From Ylistrum balloti (taxonomy: Eukaryota): a DNA stretch of 64,000 bases. The notes below the pieces were generated by a model that was given only the letters and a program-made list of their open reading frames with translations, ran no database searches and was not told the DNA's origin. This document shows, piece by piece, positions 10,267-18,528 of the stretch. The position numbers were made by a program, and so were the translations under genes. Numbering within the stretch: position 1 is the stretch's first letter; the number at the start of each line of letters is the position of its first letter. The DNA lies in NCBI RefSeq assembly GCF_031769215.1, contig NW_026781935.1:1-64000 (forward strand), written 5' to 3'.

Positions 10267-10294
10267 TTATCGGTTAATAAAATCCTTAATTTTA
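10267..10294 (-). promoter_or_regulatory. Candidate sigma28 (FliA)-type promoter
   Basis: Minus strand TAAA-N16-ACCGATAA about 55 nt upstream of the ATG at 10209. Confidence 0.45.
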
Positions 10295-10731
10295 GTTAGC
10301 ACAAAATTTTAATATTTAATTTAAATTAAATTTAAATTGATAGATTTTCTCTGAAAGTCAAATTCTTTAAAATAGGATAAAAAAATATTTTCTTTTAAAT
10401 TTTATTGAAAAAAATGAAATTTTCTCATTTTATATAGAAAATTACATAACTTTTATGGATTTTTCTATATAAATGCCTAAAAAATAGTTTTTTTTACCCA
10501 TCTACCTACCTTTTATGATAGACTTTGAAAAATTGAGATTATTAAATTATTAGCTTGAATCAATTTCGTTTAGTTTTTAAAACTAGATCATTGATAAAAG
10601 TTATTTTTTAAATTATAATTTCAATTATGTGTGATGATGATCATTGGAAAAAGAAAGGTAAATCTTCTTTTAAGAATAGGTAATCGATTCATTACACTAA
10701 AAGAATAAATATTTTTTTAAGAGGTAAATCA

Positions 10732-12090
10732 ATGAAAAATCTAATTATTAAATTAGCTATGGTAGTGGTTGCTTGTATGTTTGCTTTTAGTTTAGCACAA
10801 AAATCCATTTCTCTTGACTTTGTGGGGGAAACAAGGGTTCAGTTAAGCGGAGCAGAAAATGCACCTGCTGCTTTTTATCAAGATGGATCGATAATTGACA
10901 CTGGTAGCATCACTTTGAAAGCAGTTGTCGACAATGTTACCGCGCAGGTAAAATTAGCAGGAGCAGATGGTGATGTATGGTCTTCTACTAGTTTTGATTC
11001 AGCTTATATTCAAGTTAACGACCTTTTCGATGGTCTATTAAGTTTGAAGTTTTTTGACATCGGCTATGGTGCTGGAAACGGTAATAGCATTAGGTCTGAC
11101 CTTGGGTCACACGGTGTATTATTCACTGTAAAGCCAATTGACATATTAAGCATTGGTGTGGGGTATGGTATCGCTAAGAAAACTTTTAGGTCATATGTGA
11201 AAATAGCTAACACTAATCTAGTTGTTAATGCTCCATTAATACCTAAAGATAATGCTGCAGGTGGAACTATTTACCATGCTATCCAAGCAAATATTGGAAT
11301 TCCGAATGCTTTTGCTCCGGCAACAGTTTACTTCGGAACGGTTATGTTCGACGGGGCAAGTGCTCCAAATGATCTTAAAAATACTAATCATCTTATTAGC
11401 TATGCTGCATCAATGCCTACTGCTGATGAGATTGGTATTTATTCAGTACAGTTAGGGCTCACGGTAGATGCACTAGCTTTCTTAAAGCCTGGAGTTTTAA
11501 ACCTTGATTTAGGAGTTACTCTTCCTGGCGCTGCTTCAAGAGTTTACGATCTAGCAGCAACTGGTGACTTTGAACAAGAACTTAACATGATTGCAATTCT
11601 TCACGGGGGAGTTTCTGGTCTCCTAATTGAGGGATTAGGACTTGATTATTATCTCCACTATGCCTTGGATACCAAAACTAAACATGCAACTCTTGGAGAC
11701 TTGGATGATGACTTTTTTAAGGAAATGCTTAAAATTAAAGTTACACCAAGTTATACTTTAGGTCAGTTTAAATTTTCCCTTGAAGTTGGATTCGGCATGA
11801 TCGGAGAGAACACAGCTACGCATTCTTTGGGTGACAATAGTACTTCTCAGGTTGCCGATATTCCTACAGCTATATCTGGAGGTGCTGCAAATGCTACATC
11901 TACACTTTACACCGGAGCCTACAATAGTCTTTATTTCACACCTAAGGTTGTTTGGAATGTTGCTTCAGGTACTTCGGTGGGGCTCTATTATAAATATACA
12001 GATGATAACTTAGATGTTGATGAAAATCATCATCATCGGTTTGGTATGACTTATGGCATTTCTTTTGGTGTATCCAGCGAGGATCTTTAA
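10732..12090 (+). CDS. Exported, probably outer-membrane beta-barrel / major surface protein
   Basis: Signal peptide (FAFSLA-Q), alternating hydrophobic beta-strand pattern, aromatic-rich C-terminal strand, SD AAGAGG, own terminator. Confidence 0.7.
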   Translation: MKNLIIKLAMVVVACMFAFSLAQKSISLDFVGETRVQLSGAENAPAAFYQDGSIIDTGSITLKAVVDNVTAQVKLAGADGDVWSSTSFDSAYIQVNDLFDGLLSLKFFDIGYGAGNGNSIRSDLGSHGVLFTVKPIDILSIGVGYGIAKKTFRSYVKIANTNLVVNAPLIPKDNAAGGTIYHAIQANIGIPNAFAPATVYFGTVMFDGASAPNDLKNTNHLISYAASMPTADEIGIYSVQLGLTVDALAFLKPGVLNLDLGVTLPGAASRVYDLAATGDFEQELNMIAILHGGVSGLLIEGLGLDYYLHYALDTKTKHATLGDLDDDFFKEMLKIKVTPSYTLGQFKFSLEVGFGMIGENTATHSLGDNSTSQVADIPTAISGGAANATSTLYTGAYNSLYFTPKVVWNVASGTSVGLYYKYTDDNLDVDENHHHRFGMTYGISFGVSSEDL

Positions 12091-12140
12091 ACAAGACAAA
12101 CTTGTTTGAACTTTAAGAAGAAATAAAAAGCAGAAAACCA

Positions 12141-12180
12141 CCCCCCCCCTTGCACTTCTGCAGAGGAGGGGGCTTATTTC
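12141..12180 (+). terminator. Intrinsic terminator
   Basis: GC-rich hairpin C9-TTGCA-cttc-TGCAGAGGAGGGGG followed by T-rich sequence. Confidence 0.75.
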
Positions 12181-12399
12181 TATTCTAATCCAATATTATT
12201 ATTCCCACCCAAAATCAAATTTTTCCTATAGTCCATTTAATCACAATTCGCTTTTTTGATTCTCGTTTGTGTATTATTCATTTAAGTGAGAAATAAAAAA
12301 CTATCATCAGGTAAGAAAAAAATCCTCCAAAAACTTTTACATTTAGTATTGAAATCATTGTAAAATTAATCAATTCTATCGCTTGGAGAGAGAAATATT

Positions 12400-14181
12400 G
12401 TGACAACAACTACAACAGAATATTCCATAAAAGATTTATTAGAAGCAGGTGCCCATTTTGGTCATCAAAGTGTCTATTCCAATCCAAAAATGTCGAGATT
12501 TGTCTTTATGAAAAGAAAGGGCATCCATATCATCGACCTTCAAAAAACGGTTCTTTATCTTGAAAAGGCTTGCAATCAAATTAAAAATATCGCAGCCCGC
12601 GGTGGCAAAGTTTTATTTGTAGGAACGAAGAAACAAGTCAAGGAGATTATCAAACTCAAAATTACCGGAACTAAACAGTACTACATGAATACCCGTTGGG
12701 TAGGGGGATTACTAACCAATTTTAAAGTAGTTGGTAAGTCCATTGATAAGCTAAAACATTATAATGAAATTTTAGAAAAGCCAGAACTCCAAGAGGAATA
12801 TACCAAAAATCAAATGATTAAAATCAAAAAGGAAAGGGATAAGCTTAATGAAGTTTATGAGGGAGTGATTACAATGGAGAAACTTCCAGATGCAGTTTTC
12901 ATCGTGGATATTTACCATGAAAAAAAAGCTGCTTTGGAAGCAAAGAATCTCGGCATTCCAGTTTTCTCAATCGTTGACACAAATGGTGATCCCGACCTGG
13001 TTGATCTGATTATTCCTGGGAATGATGATGCAATTCGTTCAGTGGGTATATTCATCGATTATGTTGTTAGTGCCATTAATCAAGGCGGTCAGATTTTTAA
13101 AAGGAATCGTGAAGAGGATGAACTTTTCCTTGATCAGATTAAAAATGAGGAGAAAGAAAATACTCAATTAGAAACCACTCAAGAAAAAGAAGAAGGAGAA
13201 GGACAAAAGGATAAGGTCAGCAAAAATACTGAAATAAATGATGTAAAAACAGATGAGAAGAATGTTGGAAATAAGGAAAAGAAAGAGAAAGAAGAGGTTC
13301 AGCCAACAAACAGCAATCAAAATTCTGACAATACAAATAGTTCAAGCATCAAAGCAATTGATGTCAAAAAACTTCGTGACTTGACCAATGTCAGTATGAT
13401 GGAATGCAAGAAAGCCCTTGTGCAAACCCAAGGAGATATGGAAGAGGCGGTTAAAATTCTAAAAGAAAGGGGAATGGCAGTTGCTGAGAAAAGATCTGGT
13501 AATCAAGTTAAGGAAGGTGCTGTTTTCGTCAAAGCTGAAAGAAATCAAGCTTGGATGTTTAACGCTTGTTGTGAAACTGATTTTGTTTCAAAAAGTGATC
13601 ACTTCTTAGAAATGCATAAAAAGGCTGGAGAAGAATTTGTTGCTAAGGGTAGCGATTATCTTGATAGTGATGAATTGAAAACCTTACTCAATGAGACAAC
13701 TGCCAAAACGGGAGAAAAATTAGTTGTGAGTGATGGGGTTCTTTTAAAAACGGATGGGCAATTCTTTTCTTATCTCCACTCCAATCAAAAAATTGGAGTT
13801 TTAGTTGCTTTGGATGTTGTAGAGTCGGACAAAAAAGAAATTTTAAGCGATGAGAAGATTGAAAATTTAGGCAAGGATCTTTGTTTGCAAATTGCAGCGA
13901 TGAACCCTATTGCTATTTCAATGAACAAGGTTGATCCGTCTGTGATAGAAGAGCAGAAACAGGTTTTTCTTAAGCAGATGGAGGATGACAAAAAACCTGA
14001 TAATATCAAAGAAAAGGTAATTGAAGGTAAGATCAAGAAATATTTTAGTGAAAAGTGCTTGTTGGAAATGGACTTCGTTAAAGAGGACAATAAAACAGTG
14101 GATCAACTCATTAAAGAAGTAGGTGAGCAAGTTGGTGCAAAAATTGAGGTCATTGACTTTAAAAGAAATCAAATTGGTTAA
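12400..14181 (+). CDS. rpsB-tsf: Fusion of 30S ribosomal protein S2 and elongation factor Ts
   Basis: aa 1-~230 are S2 (LLEAGAHFGH, IHIIDL, FVGTK, RWVGGLLTN, DTNGDPD, IPGNDDAIRS); ~85-aa charged linker; aa ~317-593 are EF-Ts (VKKLRDLTNVSMMECKKAL, ETDFV, IAAMNP, EKCLLEM); GTG start; no stop in between. Confidence 0.93.
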   Translation: MTTTTTEYSIKDLLEAGAHFGHQSVYSNPKMSRFVFMKRKGIHIIDLQKTVLYLEKACNQIKNIAARGGKVLFVGTKKQVKEIIKLKITGTKQYYMNTRWVGGLLTNFKVVGKSIDKLKHYNEILEKPELQEEYTKNQMIKIKKERDKLNEVYEGVITMEKLPDAVFIVDIYHEKKAALEAKNLGIPVFSIVDTNGDPDLVDLIIPGNDDAIRSVGIFIDYVVSAINQGGQIFKRNREEDELFLDQIKNEEKENTQLETTQEKEEGEGQKDKVSKNTEINDVKTDEKNVGNKEKKEKEEVQPTNSNQNSDNTNSSSIKAIDVKKLRDLTNVSMMECKKALVQTQGDMEEAVKILKERGMAVAEKRSGNQVKEGAVFVKAERNQAWMFNACCETDFVSKSDHFLEMHKKAGEEFVAKGSDYLDSDELKTLLNETTAKTGEKLVVSDGVLLKTDGQFFSYLHSNQKIGVLVALDVVESDKKEILSDEKIENLGKDLCLQIAAMNPIAISMNKVDPSVIEEQKQVFLKQMEDDKKPDNIKEKVIEGKIKKYFSEKCLLEMDFVKEDNKTVDQLIKEVGEQVGAKIEVIDFKRNQIG

Positions 14182-14199
14182 TAACCAGTATTTAATTTG

Positions 14200-14751
14200 A
14201 TGGAAAAGTTTTTTCTTGAGATTGAAGAAAAGATGGAGAAAGTACTGCAAAACCTTCAAAAGGAATTCGCATCCATAAGGTCTTTAAGAGCTCACCCAAG
14301 CTTATTAGAGAATTTAAAAGTTGAGATTTATTCTCAAAGTATGCTTTTAAAAAATGTCGCTTCTATCTCGGTGCAAGACACAAATACTTTATTGGTTACT
14401 GTTTGGGATCAAAGTGCGGTTCAAGGTGTTGACAAAGGTATTCGAAACAGCAACATGGGATTTAACCCCAGAATTGAAGGCAATAAGCTTTATATTCATA
14501 TCCCCCCTATCACGACTGAGCGTCGACATGAGTTCATTAAGATTGCCAAGGAGAAAGCAGAAAATGCTCGTATTTCCATCCGAAGTATTCGACGCCAATT
14601 TAATGATGAAATAAAAGAAAAAAATAAATCAGGAGAAATCAGCGAGGATATTCAAGAAACATCTCTTAAAAAAATTCAACAAACCACTGATTCTTTCTCT
14701 GAAAAAATCGATCATAGCTTAAAAGAAAAAGAAAAAGATTTAGTGAGTTAA
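14200..14751 (+). CDS. frr: Ribosome recycling factor
   Basis: FASIRSLRAHPSLLE, IPPITTERRHE, ARISIRSIRR, IQQTTD; position after tsf. Confidence 0.95.
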   Translation: MEKFFLEIEEKMEKVLQNLQKEFASIRSLRAHPSLLENLKVEIYSQSMLLKNVASISVQDTNTLLVTVWDQSAVQGVDKGIRNSNMGFNPRIEGNKLYIHIPPITTERRHEFIKIAKEKAENARISIRSIRRQFNDEIKEKNKSGEISEDIQETSLKKIQQTTDSFSEKIDHSLKEKEKDLVS

Positions 14752-14764
14752 TAATTTTTTCTTA

Positions 14765-15499
14765 ATGAAAAAATTACGACACATTGCTTTCATCATGGAC
14801 GGAAACAATAGGTGGTCGAAGTCTAAAAACCTCCATTTTTCTGAAGGCCACAAGCAGGGTCTTATAACACTTGAAAACATCTTGGAACATTGCATTAAAA
14901 GGGAGATAGAGGTCATCTCTCTTTACGCTTTCTCAAGTGAAAACTGGAAACGCTCCGAAGAAGAAAGAAGTTTTCTATTCGATCTTCTTTTTGAATATTT
15001 TAATGTGGACGATTTTCCAGAAAATCCTAAAGGTAGAAATAAAATTAATGTCTTGATAGAAAAGGATGCCCGGATTAAGATTATTGGGGATATTTCCCGT
15101 TTCCCAGATCATATTGTGAAAGTTTTAAAGAAATCCGAAGCAACTTCAATTAAACACCGAAAACATCTTATCCAAATTGCTCTTAGCTATGGGGGAAGGG
15201 AGGAAATCCTTCGTGCTGTTAAAAAAATCGCTCACTTCGTTCAAGACGGGAAAGTTCAAATTAGCGATATTGATGAAAATTATTTCAGTCAGTGTCTTGA
15301 CACCGCAGGGATTCCTGATCCAGACCTTTTGATTAGAACAAGTGGAGAATATCGAATTAGCAATTTCCTCCCTTTTCAAAGTGTCTATACAGAATTTTTT
15401 TTTACGAATACATTATGGCCAGACTTTGGACCGAAGGAATTGGATGAGGCAATTGATGAATATTATCGAAGGGAGAGAAGGTATGGGGGAAGGCTTTGA
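14765..15499 (+). CDS. uppS: Undecaprenyl diphosphate synthase
   Basis: HIAFIMDGNNRW, YAFSSENWKRS, ALSYGGR, DPDLLIRTSGEYRISNFL, LWPDF. Confidence 0.97.
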   Translation: MKKLRHIAFIMDGNNRWSKSKNLHFSEGHKQGLITLENILEHCIKREIEVISLYAFSSENWKRSEEERSFLFDLLFEYFNVDDFPENPKGRNKINVLIEKDARIKIIGDISRFPDHIVKVLKKSEATSIKHRKHLIQIALSYGGREEILRAVKKIAHFVQDGKVQISDIDENYFSQCLDTAGIPDPDLLIRTSGEYRISNFLPFQSVYTEFFFTNTLWPDFGPKELDEAIDEYYRRERRYGGRL

Positions 15500-16410
15500 T
15501 TAAAGATCAAAACCTCATTTCAAGAATAAAATCTGCTTTTATTTTTCTTCCGTTAATATTTGGCTTTGTCTTCATCAATTCATCATTTTTTAGTATTGCC
15601 TTTTTTCTCTTAGCCAGCTTTTGTCTCACTCGGGAATTCCATGGTTTTCATCCAGAACTTTCAAGAGGATTAGGAAAAGTCTCTATGGCTTTTATTTTGG
15701 GTGCCCTTCTTATTCAGTCTCTTTATTTTACAAGTCATGATTTTATGAATGGTTTTTTTTTAAAAGAATGGGAGGGGAGTTCATTATTGTTCGTCATGGC
15801 ATTAGAGTTTCTTGTACTTTCCTTTGTCTTTATTTTTTTTTATAAAGATTTTTCTTCCAGCTTTAAAATTCAGCAATTCTTATTGTTTACTTTTTTTTAT
15901 GTAACTTTTATTTTTTTTCATATCTTCAAAATTAAATTTTTTTTTCAAGGCGAAATAGATCAAAACCTTCGTTACCTCGCTAACTTCTATTTATTCTATG
16001 CTTTTTTATTAGGATGGCTTTACGACGCAATTGCTTATCTATTCGGCAAAAAATGGGGAAAGAAAAAAATCAACCTTAAAGTGTCCATGGAAAAAAGCTG
16101 GCTAGGTTTGATCAGTGGAATTTTGTCGACCACGATTTCGTTAATAATCACTTCCACCTTACTCAAATATTTTTTCAATGAACTTTGGGAAATCAGTTTA
16201 TTTAAGAATCACTTATTAGCTGTATGCATTTCACTATTGTTGGGTTTATTTGCTCAATTAGGGGATTTAATCGCTTCTCTTCATAAACGCTCGTTAGGAT
16301 TAAAGGATTCTGGTGCCTTTTTAAAAGGTCATGGAGGTTTCTATGATCGAACGGATAGCATTATTTTAGTGAATTTTGTCCTTTACTATATCCTGGTTCT
16401 TTATCACTGA
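15496..16410 (+). CDS. cdsA: Phosphatidate cytidylyltransferase
   Basis: Polytopic; DAIAYLFGKKWG, QLGDLIAS, KDSGAFLKGHGGFYDRTDS; follows uppS. Confidence 0.92.
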   Translation: MIKDQNLISRIKSAFIFLPLIFGFVFINSSFFSIAFFLLASFCLTREFHGFHPELSRGLGKVSMAFILGALLIQSLYFTSHDFMNGFFLKEWEGSSLLFVMALEFLVLSFVFIFFYKDFSSSFKIQQFLLFTFFYVTFIFFHIFKIKFFFQGEIDQNLRYLANFYLFYAFLLGWLYDAIAYLFGKKWGKKKINLKVSMEKSWLGLISGILSTTISLIITSTLLKYFFNELWEISLFKNHLLAVCISLLLGLFAQLGDLIASLHKRSLGLKDSGAFLKGHGGFYDRTDSIILVNFVLYYILVLYH

Positions 16411-16434
16411 TTTCTTAGCTTCTTCGGTTTGTTA

Positions 16435-18528
16435 TTACTCGTCGAAAAACAAACTGACATAATCTGAAATTTCTTTCCTTCTTAAATGTGCCTTGTCCTT
16501 GTGAAACCAAATGTCTTGTGTTTTTCGGCATTGTTTGATATCCTTGACCCCAATACAGATAAGCCCATTCATGATTGCATAACTCATTCCTTCTCTGCTT
16601 GTTTCTCCTAATCCTTTGTTTCGTTTCTTTCTTATGAGTTGGCAATCAGATTTTTTTGCTTTGGAGATGAGAACATCATACTCGTTATCGTCTATGCAAT
16701 AGAATACTCTTTTCTTCTTGTCTGGGTTTTCCAGTTCTACTTCATAAAGGGGCGCCTCTACCATATAGATCATATTAAAACTAAAAAGCTCCGGCCAATA
16801 TTCAAAGAAAAAGCTTAAAATAAGAGAACGGATAGAGTAGCCGTCATAATCGGCATCAGTCATGATAGCAATGCGATCAAAGGTAAGGTCTTTCGGATTT
16901 TGAATCTTGTCACTAAATGGGAGTTTTAGAATGCTTACAATGTTCTTCAATTCTTCATTAGCCAAGGCTTTAGACAAAGAAAGCCCCTTGACGTTAAGGG
17001 GTTTCCCCCGGAGAGGGAAAAGCCCATGAATGGTCGGTTGACGAACAGGACGAAGTCCCGCAATGGCAGAGTCGCCTTCTCCAATAAACAAGGTTTTGAT
17101 TTCATTACTTGAAGTTGGAGTGCAAGGAATGAATTTCGGAATAGAAGTGAATGAGGTCTTCTTTAAATCTTTTTGTGCAGAATCTATATCTTTAATCTTG
17201 ACGCGTCGACTCATTTCCTCCTTAATCTTGTTGACAAGTCCCAGTCGTTTAATAATTTTATCGAGGTGTGTGTCTATCACTTCTCTGATTTCTTGTTTTA
17301 GATCGTTAATGAGGTAGGATTTATCTTGACTTTTGAATCGAGGAGCTGATAACCTAAAATTGTTATACATGTGAAAACAAGCTCGAACATCATTTCGAGT
17401 AGCACTGGTTTTTAATCTTTTCTCATAAGCAACAATGGTCGGCTTCCTCCGTGTTTCATCACAAACACGATTGACTAAATATTCGATGGCGGATCCTCCC
17501 AAGGAAACAAAGTTACTATTTACCCAAGAAAGGGTTTTGCCTTCTTCACCAACAAGAATGGATGATAATGTAAAATCTTTTTTGGGAGTTTGAAATTTTA
17601 AATGATAGTAAGGCTGAGGGGTGTTTTTAAAAATATCTTCCAATCCTTTTTTGAAAAAAAAGACCTGTTTATCCTTTTCTGTTTCAAGAACAATCTCTAG
17701 ACCTGGATTGATCATTGCTAGATCTTGAAGATACTGTGCAGTATATTTTTCATTAAATGAAGTATTTTCATTAGAAAAGTATTTGGGATCAAGTTCAAAT
17801 TCGATGGAAGTACCATGTTCATTTTTGTCCACTTGTTTTGTTGTCGTTCCCATTCCATTACTCTTCACAGTTTTTTGAAGTTGACTAATTAGCTTCCCTT
17901 CTAATTTGCTAAAATTTTTAATGCTACCATTTTCGTCAAAATGAAGAAAAAGTTTTTCTTGTAAAGAGGAAGGAATTTTGAGCTTTTCGCAGGCCTCTTT
18001 GAATGTGTCGGATATGGTGAATAGTTTGGAAAAAGATTCTCCTTGATGGGAGGTTTGGACTTTGAAATATTTGGAAACAATCCTCACCAAGGAGATCCCA
18101 ACTCCGTTTTGACCAGTGATATGTTCTTTCCGAGCTTGGTCATCGAAATTTTCACCATACATAAGGTGAAGGAAAACTTGTTCGGCATTCTTGGAAGGAA
18201 TACCTCTTCCATTGTCAACGACTTTAACACGCCTCCCTTTTTGGGATAAGCTCACCCAGAGTGTAGTCATTTTTCTTGAAGAAGGGATTTTACGATCAAT
18301 GAGATTTCGATTGTACTCATCGATGGCATTCATACAGGCTTCATCTAAGCATTTTAGCTTGGCAGGAACATCTTGAATTTCTTGATGGGATATGTCGTAA
18401 GCACCGTCTTTTTTTAGTTTAAAAAAATGTTGCTCAAAAAGAGAGGGGGAGTTCTGTCCTAACCACATGCCTGTACGAAGACGTACATGTTCGACATTCG
18501 AAAGTTTTCTGAAAATTCGCTTACTCAT
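16435..18528 (-). CDS. Type IIA DNA topoisomerase subunit B (GHKL ATPase + TOPRIM), T4/eukaryote-like
   Basis: EHVRLRTGMWLG, VPAKLKCLDEACMNAIDE, DNGRGIP, GQNGVG, EGDSA, PLRGKPLNV, IMTDADYDG, KGLGE. Confidence 0.93.
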   Translation of the reverse strand: MSKRIFRKLSNVEHVRLRTGMWLGQNSPSLFEQHFFKLKKDGAYDISHQEIQDVPAKLKCLDEACMNAIDEYNRNLIDRKIPSSRKMTTLWVSLSQKGRRVKVVDNGRGIPSKNAEQVFLHLMYGENFDDQARKEHITGQNGVGISLVRIVSKYFKVQTSHQGESFSKLFTISDTFKEACEKLKIPSSLQEKLFLHFDENGSIKNFSKLEGKLISQLQKTVKSNGMGTTTKQVDKNEHGTSIEFELDPKYFSNENTSFNEKYTAQYLQDLAMINPGLEIVLETEKDKQVFFFKKGLEDIFKNTPQPYYHLKFQTPKKDFTLSSILVGEEGKTLSWVNSNFVSLGGSAIEYLVNRVCDETRRKPTIVAYEKRLKTSATRNDVRACFHMYNNFRLSAPRFKSQDKSYLINDLKQEIREVIDTHLDKIIKRLGLVNKIKEEMSRRVKIKDIDSAQKDLKKTSFTSIPKFIPCTPTSSNEIKTLFIGEGDSAIAGLRPVRQPTIHGLFPLRGKPLNVKGLSLSKALANEELKNIVSILKLPFSDKIQNPKDLTFDRIAIMTDADYDGYSIRSLILSFFFEYWPELFSFNMIYMVEAPLYEVELENPDKKKRVFYCIDDNEYDVLISKAKKSDCQLIRKKRNKGLGETSREGMSYAIMNGLICIGVKDIKQCRKTQDIWFHKDKAHLRRKEISDYVSLFFDE

